DNA from: Pirellulales bacterium
GTDB lineage: Bacteria; Planctomycetota; Planctomycetia; Pirellulales; UBA1268
Assembly: GCA_044368305.1 (NCBI GenBank)
Contig: JBIPLS010000002.1
Coordinates: 1-42,790 of the forward strand
Length of the DNA stretch: 42,790 nt
Reading direction: 5' to 3'
Part shown: positions 35,049 through 42,532 of the stretch, in pieces
Layout: every line of letters starts with the position of its first letter
How positions within the stretch are numbered: position 1 is the stretch's first letter
Position numbers and translations under genes: made by a program
The notes under the pieces: model-generated
The model's database searches: none
What the model saw: only the letters and a program-made list of their open reading frames with translations
Told to the model about the DNA's origin: nothing

Positions 35049-35801
35049 TCACCGCTCCACCTGGCCGGTGGGCCGCGGGTCCGCCGCCCGCGTCACACCG
35101 GCCACGACCAACTCGCCGTTCCGCAGGGCGAGTGCCTCCAACCGATGGCTCGTCGCCGCGGGATCGTACGTCGCAGGCATCGAGACCACCAGCACGGCCC
35201 CGCCATCCGCCCGCCGCAGATCGGTCGGCAGGCCCAGGGCTCCGATGCGGCGGGCGACTTCTTGGAGGGCCGGCCCGCGGGGCAGCGGCAGGCTCCCCAG
35301 CCGCGCGGCGGTGATCGTGATGCCGATCTGGTTCACGTCCCGCAGCACCACGTCGGCGTCCACGGAGACCACGACGCTGCCCACGAGGGCGCCGGCCTGA
35401 AGCCGCCGCGGCCCCAGGGCGACCCGCGGCGCCGACAGCCCGGCGGGCAGCAGCGTGGCGTGGTTGCGAGGCAGGTCGGTTTCCAGCCAGGCATTGATCT
35501 CCTCCTCTGTGACCACGGTCTCCCAGGGTCCCGGCCGGAGGAAGTCGGCACGCAGCGCCGCCAGTTTCGACACCAGCCGTCGGCCGAGGACGGCGGGATC
35601 GGCCGGCGCCGCGTCGCCGCCCCCGCCCGGCGACGCACGGTCCCTGTAGAAGGCCGGCTCCCGCTTCGCCGCCCAGGCGAACAGTCCGCAGCCGACGGCC
35701 AGGCACGCCGCGACGCAGACCGCGAGCCGCCGCCGCTTGGCGACGGGCGGCGACGGACAGGCGGACGCTTGCCCGCCGACGGGATGGGGGGACGTGTTCA
35801 C
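35049..35801 (-). CDS. Hypothetical membrane-anchored protein (single N-terminal TM; no family recognised)
   Basis: GTG 35801 lies 4 nt after the csrA stop. TM helix LAVCVAACLAVGCGLFAWAA. GC3 is high. The remainder (…TVVTEEEINAWLETDLP…VVVSVDADVVLRDVNQIGITITAARLGSLPLP…) is reminiscent of elongated lipid-binding/AsmA-like small proteins, but that is a guess. Confidence 0.55.
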   Translation of the reverse strand: MNTSPHPVGGQASACPSPPVAKRRRLAVCVAACLAVGCGLFAWAAKREPAFYRDRASPGGGGDAAPADPAVLGRRLVSKLAALRADFLRPGPWETVVTEEEINAWLETDLPRNHATLLPAGLSAPRVALGPRRLQAGALVGSVVVSVDADVVLRDVNQIGITITAARLGSLPLPRGPALQEVARRIGALGLPTDLRRADGGAVLVVSMPATYDPAATSHRLEALALRNGELVVAGVTRAADPRPTGQVER

Positions 35802-35804
35802 GCA

Positions 35805-36026
35805 TCAGCCCACGAACCCGAACAGCCGCGGGATCGGCAGGTCGGCGGACGGTTCGAGCGTCACCGTCCCCAGGGTCTCGTCCTCGAGTTCGTCCCGCAG
35901 CACCCGCACGTCGGCCGGCGCCTCGATCCCGATCCGCACCTTGTCGCCGCTGACACGCACCACGGTCACGACCACGGAATCGCCGACCCGAATCCGTTCG
36001 TTCTGTTTCCGGGAAAGCACGAGCAT
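35805..36026 (-). CDS. csrA: Carbon storage regulator CsrA (RNA-binding translational regulator)
   Basis: MLVLSRKQNERIRVGDSVVVTVVRVSGDKVRIGIEAPADVRVLRDEL matches the CsrA fold signature (MLVL(S/T)RK..E.I.IG, GIEAP..V.(V/I).R.E). GGAGG lies 7 nt upstream of ATG 36026. 73 aa with a C-terminal tail of about 25 aa. Confidence 0.85.
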   Translation of the reverse strand: MLVLSRKQNERIRVGDSVVVTVVRVSGDKVRIGIEAPADVRVLRDELEDETLGTVTLEPSADLPIPRLFGFVG

Positions 36027-36323
36027 CGAAAGCCTCCGTTGCTGCTGAATGATAGATGTGGGATGAATGCCGGGGATGCGGTCCGTCCTTCCACGTGACC
36101 GCCGCGGGCTTCGTCGCGAGCGGTCATCGCCGGCCCCGGCCGCCCCCGAGCGGCCGCCCTCCCGTCCGTCGCCGCCTCCTCGAGCGGCCTCTGCGTCGCG
36201 AGACGACGGATTGGGAAAGATGTGAGCCAGGGGAAACATCGTCCGGTGGGGAAGACTTTCTTGCCGTCTCCCCGAGCGGCGCCGGAGGCGCGCGTTATGC
36301 CGGTCGCGCGGCGGGCCGCTGGT

Positions 36324-37169
36324 TCAGCGTCGCGGCCCCGCCTCGGCCGCGTCGTCACCGACGAAGGCGGCGACGTCCACGGCGGTGGCCGAGGCCATGT
36401 GCGCCTCGCCCTCCTCGATCCGCGACAGGTCGCCGGCCAGGAGCCGGGGGTGCGACTTGTGCACGCACTTCAGCCGGCTGTGCCGGCCGGCGACGAGCAC
36501 CAGTTTCGGATCGACCTCCAGCGACACCTCGGCGGGGATCGCCCCGGCGGCCTCGATCCTCCGGTTGAGGGCCAGCCGTGGGAACGGTGGGATGCCGCCC
36601 GGATGGAGCAACGCCTTGAGAAGGATCGCGGTGTCGGCGAACTGCCGATAGCTGGCGGCCGCCTCGGAGGAGGGCGCCGCGCCGTAGGCCACGGCATATC
36701 GCACCCGGGGCCCGACGAGTTCCAGGGAGTTTTCCTTCTCCGTGATGCCGTCGCCGAAATCGGGGCCGCCTGCCCAGCGGACGAGCCGATCGTCGGCACC
36801 CCGCGCCCACTTGGCCAGCGACACGCTCAGCCGCTCCAGGCGAATCGTCTCCACCTGGGTCTTCACGTCGCGGTGCGGGTCGATGACGACCACCCGCTCG
36901 CGGGCCGGGTCATGCAGCACGATCTCCGCCAGCCGCATGCCCGGCACGGCGTCGTCCGTCGCCGGCGCGGCCAGCTCGAGGAAGTCCCAGGCGATGCCAT
37001 CCTTGAAGAGCGTGAGGCTGCGGGCCACCGGCGCGGTTCCGCCGTCGGCGAACAGTTCGCTCTCGACCCGCAGTTCGCCGCTGCGGTCAGCCGGGTCGGC
37101 CGGCGACCCGAGCGCCGCTGCGACGGACAGCGCCCAGGCGACCACGACGAAACTGGCGCGCGACGGCAT
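36324..37169 (-). CDS. Hypothetical secreted protein
   Basis: GGGAGA lies 7 nt upstream of ATG 37169. Signal peptide MPSRASFVVVAWALSVAAALG. GC3 is high. No motif recognised. Confidence 0.6.
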   Translation of the reverse strand: MPSRASFVVVAWALSVAAALGSPADPADRSGELRVESELFADGGTAPVARSLTLFKDGIAWDFLELAAPATDDAVPGMRLAEIVLHDPARERVVVIDPHRDVKTQVETIRLERLSVSLAKWARGADDRLVRWAGGPDFGDGITEKENSLELVGPRVRYAVAYGAAPSSEAAASYRQFADTAILLKALLHPGGIPPFPRLALNRRIEAAGAIPAEVSLEVDPKLVLVAGRHSRLKCVHKSHPRLLAGDLSRIEEGEAHMASATAVDVAAFVGDDAAEAGPRR

Positions 37170-37241
37170 GGCATGGTCTCCCGGGGAGGCGGGAGGCTAG
37201 CAGAACGCGCGGCCGGCCCCAAGACGGGCTGTGGGCCGTTT

Positions 37242-37388
37242 TCAGCGGAAAAATCCTGCTCGATCCCGCTCGCCGTCGCGGGCGGACGCCGCCGGTCGCG
37301 GTCCGCGGACGGCATGCATGACCAGCCACAGGCCGGCCACGAACCAGGCCGTCACGAGCACCGCCGCGAGCCGATCGAAGAGGAGCAC
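37242..37388 (-). CDS. Possible small (48-aa) single-TM protein
   Basis: It lies within track ORF 37242..37571. GTG 37388 is preceded by GGGAGA at 7 nt. VLLFDRLAAVLVTAWFVAGLWLVMHAV is followed by a basic tail. GC3 is fairly high. There is no homology evidence. Confidence 0.3.
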   Translation of the reverse strand: MLLFDRLAAVLVTAWFVAGLWLVMHAVRGPRPAASARDGERDRAGFFR

Positions 37389-37599
37389 GACACCATCTCC
37401 CGGGGACGTCACGCGTCGGAACCGTAGGCCATGAATCGCGGCGTGCGCCGGCGACCGGCTTCCCTCGGCGTCGCGATCCGGTTCTCCCGGCCGTGCGATC
37501 CGCACCGTCGTCGCAGCCGGCCGGCCGGCGTGGGCGCGGACCGCCGCCCCGTGGGGGTCTGGTATCCTCACGGCCCTCGCCCGTCACGAGGACCCGCTC

Positions 37600-40500
37600 A
37601 TGGCAGTCGGCCGCTTCGTTCTTCAACCCCGTCTCGGCCTGGCGATCGTGGCCGGTGCAATCGTCGTGGCCCGCCTCGCCGGAGCCGCCGATCCCTGGCC
37701 GCAGTGGCGCGGTCCCGAGGGCCAGGGGCACGCCCCCGAGGCCCACGACCTGCCCGTCACCTGGAGCGAGCGGGAGCACGTCCGCTGGAAGACGCCTCTT
37801 CCGGGACGCGGCTGGTCGTCGCCGGTGATCGGCGGCGGGCTGGTGTGGATGACCACGGCCATCGAGCAGCCGGTCAGCGAGGAGGAACGGCGGCGGCGGC
37901 TGGTGGGCAACACGGGCGATCAGCCGCTGACCGTCTCGGGGCCCGTGAGTCTGCGGGCCCTCGGCGTGGACGCCGAGTCGGGGCGGCTCGTCCACGACGT
38001 CGAGCTCGTCACGGTTCCCGAGCCGCAGCCGATCCATGCCCTCAACTCGTTCGCCTCGCCGTCGCCGGTGCTCGCCGGCAACCGGCTCTATTGCCACTGG
38101 GGCGACTTCGGCACGGCCTGCCTCGACACCGAGACGGCGCGGGTCGTGTGGACGAGCCGCGGCCTGCGGCTGAACCATGAGAACGGCCCCGGCAGCACGC
38201 CCGTGCTCTGGAAGGATCGGCTCATCGTCCACGCCGACGGCAGCGACACGCAGTCGATCGCCGCGTTCGACGCCGCGACCGGCACGATCGCCTGGCAGAC
38301 GCCCCGCAGCGGCGCGCTCCACGACGATCCCCAGCACAAGAAAGCCTACGGCACGCCGCTGCTGCTCCCGCTCGGCGGCCGCGACGTGGTCGTCTCACCG
38401 GCCGCCGACTGGATCTACGGCTACGACCCGGCGACCGGCCGGGAGCTGTGGAAACTGTCGTACGGCAGGCTCGGGTTCTCGATCGTCCCGCGGCCCGTGT
38501 TCGCCCACGGGCTGATGTTCATGAGCACGAGCTTCAATCAGCCGGAGCTGCTCGCGCTGCGGCTCGGCGACGGCGCGGCCGCGCCGGAGATCGTGTGGCG
38601 GGAGACGAGGGGCGTGCCCACGATGCCGTCGCCCTTGGTCGTGGGTGACGAGCTCTACATGGTGAGCGAGAAGGGGATCGCCAGCTGCCTCGAAGCCCGC
38701 ACCGGCAAGCCCCTGTGGGCCGAGCGGCTGCCGGGCAATTTCTCGTCGTCTCCGTTCCACGCCGACGGGCGGATCTACGTCGGTAGCCGGGAGGGAAAGA
38801 CCTACGTCCTGCGGCCGGGCCGCAAGGCAGAACTACTGGCCACGAACGAGCTCGACGGCGCGATCTTCGCCACGCCGGCGGCTGTCGGCCGGGCGGTTTT
38901 CCTGCGCACCGACACCGCCCTGTACCGGATCGAGAAGCCCGAGCCGCGGGCCGCGGCCGCCGTCCCGGAGCCGCCCCGGGGCGAGCTGCTCGCCTTCCAG
39001 TTCGCCGACAGCCGGATCTTCCCGGGCACCGTCCGCGAGGTGCGGGTCTATGTGCCGGCCCAGCACGACGGCCGCACACCGGCCTGCGTCCACGTCAACC
39101 AAGACGGCGTCCAGTTCGACGCGCCGCGGGTCTTCGACCGGCTGATCCACGAACGGCGGATGCCGGTCACTGTCGGCGTGTTCGTCAAGCCCGGCCGCGT
39201 GCCGGCCACGCGGCCAGGAGCCCTCGACCGCTACAACCGCAGCCTCGAGTACGACGGCCTCGGCCCCGACTACGCCCGGTTTCTCCTCGAAGAGCTGCTC
39301 CCCGCGGTGGAGACGAAGACCACGTCCGACGGCCGGAAGATCGTGCTCTCGAAGCACGGCAACGACCGCTCGATCGGCGGCACCTCCAGTGGCGCGATCG
39401 CCGCCTTCACCGCCGCATGGGAGCGGCCCGACGCCTTCACCCGTGTGTTCAGCGGGATCGGCACCTACGTCGGCCTGCGGGGCGGCGACGACTATGCCAC
39501 GCTCGTCCGCAAGGTCGAACCCAAGCCGATCCGCGTCTTCCTCCAGGACGGCTCCGCCGACCTCGACAACTTCGCCGGCGACTGGTGGATGGCCAACCAG
39601 GCCCTCGAACGCAGCCTGTCCTTCGCGGGCTACGAGGTGCGGCACGCCTGGGGCGCGGGCCGCCACAACGCCGCGCATGCCACGGAGGTGTTTCCCGCGG
39701 CCATGGAATGGCTGTGGAGCGAATGGCCGCGGCCGGTCGGCACGGGGCAGGGCAGCCCGCAGCTGCGGGCGATCATCATCCCGGACGAGGGCTGGCGGCT
39801 CGTCGGCGCGGGCTTCCGGTCCGCCGCGGGCGCCGCGGTGAACGCCCGGGGCGAGGTGTTCTTCGACGACGTGGCCGCCGGCAAGTCCTACCGCGTGACG
39901 CCCGACTGGAAGGCGGAGGTCTGGCAGGAGGATTCCCACGGGGCCGACGCCCAGGCCTTCGCGGCCGACGGCCGGCTCGTGGCCACGGGTGCCGCCGACG
40001 CCGCGCTCGTCGCCCGCGACGCCGACGGCAAGACGACCGCGCTCGTTCGCGGCTGGAGGGCCAACGACGTCACGGTCACGGCGGACGCCCGGATCTACGC
40101 CACCGAGCCGGGCCGCGACGAGCAGACACCGAGCCGGATCCACCTGATCGAACCCGCCGGAACCGACGCCGTCGTGGCCGAGGTCGCGGGGGTCGCCGAC
40201 GGCCTCTGTCTCTCACCCGACCAAACCCTGCTCTACGTCGCCGACGCCAGCAGCCACTGGGTGTGGAGTTTCACGATCCGGCCCGACGGCACGCTCGCGA
40301 ACAAGCAGCGGTTTTTCCACCTCCACGTGCCTGACACGGCCGACGATGCCGGGATCGACGGGATGCAGGTGGACCGCGACGGCCGGTTGTGGGTGGCGAC
40401 GCGGATGGGGATCCAGGTCTGTGATCAGATCGGTCGCGTGACCTGCATCATCCCCGTGCCCCACGGCCGCTGCGCCGACCTCTGCTTCGGCGGGCCGGAC

Positions 40501-40611
40501 TTCGACCATCTGGTCGCCTGCTGTGGCGACAAGGTCTTCGTCCGCCGGGTGAAGCCGCGGGGCGCCGCGAGCTTCCTGCCGCCGGTCACGCCGGCGAAGC
40601 CGAGCCTCTGA
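37600..40611 (+). CDS. Secreted three-domain fusion: PQQ-like beta-propeller, alpha/beta esterase (Esterase/Fes-like), SMP-30/gluconolactonase/LRE-like beta-propeller
   Basis: GAGGA lies 7 nt upstream of ATG 37600, and a signal peptide is present. N-terminal [10 protein letters not shown] plus propeller blades. Middle domain: [24 protein letters not shown] (GxSxG), QDGSAD, GRHNAAH. C-terminal: [42 protein letters not shown]. Confidence 0.8.
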   Translation: MAVGRFVLQPRLGLAIVAGAIVVARLAGAADPWPQWRGPEGQGHAPEAHDLPVTWSEREHVRWKTPLPGRGWSSPVIGGGLVWMTTAIEQPVSEEERRRRLVGNTGDQPLTVSGPVSLRALGVDAESGRLVHDVELVTVPEPQPIHALNSFASPSPVLAGNRLYCHWGDFGTACLDTETARVVWTSRGLRLNHENGPGSTPVLWKDRLIVHADGSDTQSIAAFDAATGTIAWQTPRSGALHDDPQHKKAYGTPLLLPLGGRDVVVSPAADWIYGYDPATGRELWKLSYGRLGFSIVPRPVFAHGLMFMSTSFNQPELLALRLGDGAAAPEIVWRETRGVPTMPSPLVVGDELYMVSEKGIASCLEARTGKPLWAERLPGNFSSSPFHADGRIYVGSREGKTYVLRPGRKAELLATNELDGAIFATPAAVGRAVFLRTDTALYRIEKPEPRAAAAVPEPPRGELLAFQFADSRIFPGTVREVRVYVPAQHDGRTPACVHVNQDGVQFDAPRVFDRLIHERRMPVTVGVFVKPGRVPATRPGALDRYNRSLEYDGLGPDYARFLLEELLPAVETKTTSDGRKIVLSKHGNDRSIGGTSSGAIAAFTAAWERPDAFTRVFSGIGTYVGLRGGDDYATLVRKVEPKPIRVFLQDGSADLDNFAGDWWMANQALERSLSFAGYEVRHAWGAGRHNAAHATEVFPAAMEWLWSEWPRPVGTGQGSPQLRAIIIPDEGWRLVGAGFRSAAGAAVNARGEVFFDDVAAGKSYRVTPDWKAEVWQEDSHGADAQAFAADGRLVATGAADAALVARDADGKTTALVRGWRANDVTVTADARIYATEPGRDEQTPSRIHLIEPAGTDAVVAEVAGVADGLCLSPDQTLLYVADASSHWVWSFTIRPDGTLANKQRFFHLHVPDTADDAGIDGMQVDRDGRLWVATRMGIQVCDQIGRVTCIIPVPHGRCADLCFGGPDFDHLVACCGDKVFVRRVKPRGAASFLPPVTPAKPSL

Positions 40612-40727
40612 GCGGGCCGCACCCTCCCGGAAGCGGCCGCGGGGACGGCGGACCGTGGGCCACCCGTTTACACTGTCTTCATCGCCTTCCCGGGCGGGTG
40701 GCTCCGACCTCGGCATGGAGACGGCGG

Positions 40728-41063
40728 ATGGGCATGCAGTGGGTCTATCTCGCGATCGCGATCGTGGCCGAGGTCGTGGGCACGAGTTTTCTGAAGGCGT
40801 CCGCGGGCTTCACGAAGCCGCTGCCCAGCCTGGCCGTCGTCGCGGGCTACGGCCTGGCCTTCTTCTTCCTCTCCCGCACGCTCGACACGGTCCCCGTGGG
40901 CGTGGCCTACGCGATCTGGTCGGGCGCGGGGGTGACGCTCGTGGCCGCGATCGGCTGGCTGTGGATGGGCCAGAAGCTCGACGCGGCGGCGATCCTCGGC
41001 ATGGGCCTGATCGTGGCGGGCGTCGCCGTCTTGAACCTGTTCTCGAAATCCGCGGCCCACTGA
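40728..41063 (+). CDS. SMR-family multidrug efflux transporter, EmrE/Qac-like
   Basis: GGAG lies 7 nt upstream of ATG 40728 (ATG 40734 is an alternative). [24 protein letters not shown] (membrane Glu), [13 protein letters not shown] and the C-terminal ...LFSKSAAH align block by block with E. coli EmrE. Confidence 0.85.
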   Translation: MGMQWVYLAIAIVAEVVGTSFLKASAGFTKPLPSLAVVAGYGLAFFFLSRTLDTVPVGVAYAIWSGAGVTLVAAIGWLWMGQKLDAAAILGMGLIVAGVAVLNLFSKSAAH

Positions 41064-41089
41064 AGCAGGGGCGCGGCGTCGTGCCCCCG

Positions 41090-41857
41090 TCACGGCCCGC
41101 CGAGCGCCTGGCCGAGCAGCTTGGCGCTCGCCACCGCGAGCACGACGGCCATCAGCAGCTTGAGTGTGGACACCGGCAGTCGAAACGCGCCCCACTGCGA
41201 TCCGACGAGGCCGCCGGCCGCCGCCGCCACCACCACGGGCAGGCTCACCGGTGGCAGGGTGCCTCCGGCGACGAGCCCGCCGGCGAGTCCGGCGAGCGAG
41301 TTGACGAGAATGAAGGGCGCCGTGACGCCGGCCACCTGTTTCACCGGCGCCGCGCGGAGGGCCACGAGCACCGGCGTGAGGAACACGCCGCCCCCCACGC
41401 CCGTCAGCCCCGAGAGCAGGCCGATGCCGCCGCCGAGCGCCGTCAGGGCGAGCGCCGGCAGGGACCGCGATGCGGACGCATCACCCGCGGCCGCGTCACC
41501 GCCGGACTGGCCGCGGGCGTCGACCACAATTCGCCCGGCTGACGCCAGCAGCACCCCGCCCAAGAGCGCCTCGAACGCGCCCGTGGAGAGCGTCGTCGCA
41601 CCGCCGAGGGCCGCACAGGGCACGCTCGCCGCGGCGAGCGGCAGGAACAGCCCGCGGCGAAAGTGTCCGGCCCGCGCGAACTGGATCGAGGCGATCGCCG
41701 CCACGATCACGTTGAGCACGAGCGCCGTCGGGCGGATCGTCGCCGGCGGCAAGCCGGCGAGCGCCATCACGGCCGTGTAGCCGGTGGCCCCGGCATGCCC
41801 CACCGCGGCGTAGACCAGGGCCACCAGGCCGATCGCCACCGTCACCACGAGGCTCAT
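41090..41857 (-). CDS. TauE/SafE-family sulfite/anion exporter
   Basis: This is the C-terminal 255 aa of track ORF 41090..42103. ATG 41857 overlaps the upstream stop (ATGA). GLLSGLTGVGGGVFLTPVLV and a two-fold repeat of 4-TM units are typical of TauE/DUF81. Confidence 0.8.
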   Translation of the reverse strand: MSLVVTVAIGLVALVYAAVGHAGATGYTAVMALAGLPPATIRPTALVLNVIVAAIASIQFARAGHFRRGLFLPLAAASVPCAALGGATTLSTGAFEALLGGVLLASAGRIVVDARGQSGGDAAAGDASASRSLPALALTALGGGIGLLSGLTGVGGGVFLTPVLVALRAAPVKQVAGVTAPFILVNSLAGLAGGLVAGGTLPPVSLPVVVAAAAGGLVGSQWGAFRLPVSTLKLLMAVVLAVASAKLLGQALGGP

Positions 41858-42249
41858 GCCAGCGTCACGGCGTGCCGCTCGAGCAGGTCGAGCGGCACGA
41901 TCTCGAGCGTCTTCTCGTGCGTCGCCTCGAGCACCACCGGCGGCGCCCGGCCCGCCTTGGCGGCCTCCAGCCAGCGGCTCGCGCACAGGCACCAGCGGTC
42001 GCCGGGCACGAGCCCGGGAAAGCCCCACTGCGGCTGCGGCGTGACGAGGTCGTTGCCCGCCTGCACGGTGAACTCCAGGAAGTCCTTCGTCATCACGGCG
42101 CACACGGTGTGCACGCCGCCATCGTCGGGGCCGGTGCGGCAGCAGCCGTCGCGGAAGAAGCCGGTGAGCGGTTCCCGCGAGCAGGCCAGGAGCGGCCCGC
42201 CGCGGACGTTCCGCTCCGTGTCACGGGTCGGACGGTCGAATGCGATCAT
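41854..42249 (-). CDS. DUF2237 family protein
   Basis: ATG 42249. NVRGGPLLACSREPLTGFFRDGCCRTGPDDGGVHTVCAVMTKDFLEF ... GDRWCLCASRWLEA matches the conserved Cys-rich DUF2237 pattern. The rest of track ORF 41854..42534 is an upstream extension I reject. Confidence 0.8.
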   Translation of the reverse strand: MIAFDRPTRDTERNVRGGPLLACSREPLTGFFRDGCCRTGPDDGGVHTVCAVMTKDFLEFTVQAGNDLVTPQPQWGFPGLVPGDRWCLCASRWLEAAKAGRAPPVVLEATHEKTLEIVPLDLLERHAVTLA

Positions 42250-42327
42250 GAGGTCCTTTCGAGAATTGCGTGGGTGGCATGGCGGTCCGACCGGACGGTG
42301 TGCCTGCACTGCCCGAATGGTGCGCGA

Positions 42328-42460
42328 GGGGTTGCTCCTGCCATGAGAGCCGGGCTTGCTGGCCAGCGAAGCCAAGCATGGAGAAGCGCCGGCTAGCATG
42401 CAGTGAGCGGAGGCCGGGATGGCCACGGCGAACGTCCGGCCACGTGGCAGGGGCAACCCC
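42328..42460 (+). ncRNA. Candidate structured RNA or inverted-repeat element (133 nt closed by an 18-bp helix)
   Basis: GGGGTTGCTCCTGCCATG (42328-42345) pairs with CGTGGCAGGGGCAACCCC (42443-42460): 16 Watson-Crick pairs plus 2 T-G positions, which are G-U only on the plus strand. Internal helices are also possible. No family recognised. Confidence 0.35.
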
Positions 42461-42532
42461 GACCTGCACGGTATGATGCCACTCTTCCCAGGCTGACAGC
42501 AAACCCTCTTTTCGTCCCGCGCCTCGCCCCCC

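Noticed and set aside
40612-40727. Guanidine riboswitch (ykkC, mini-ykkC, ykkC-III) upstream of the SMR transporter
   Set aside because: I found no pair of short hairpins with ACGR tetraloops closed by G-C stems, no ykkC-type GGGA/ACGGCGGG-AAAA-CCCGGGAGA arrangement, and no ykkC-III pseudoknot consensus. The transporter is EmrE/Qac-like rather than Gdx/SugE-like. The 10-bp inverted repeat is kept as an unexplained observation only.
42346-42442. SRP (4.5S) RNA, 6S RNA or tRNA identity for the structured element
   Set aside because: There is no GGAA tetraloop with the flanking AGCAGC / GGUCC domain-IV signature, no T-loop GTTCRANYC or cloverleaf, and the length and branching do not fit a simple 6S-like rod as far as I can fold it by eye. 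It is left unassigned.
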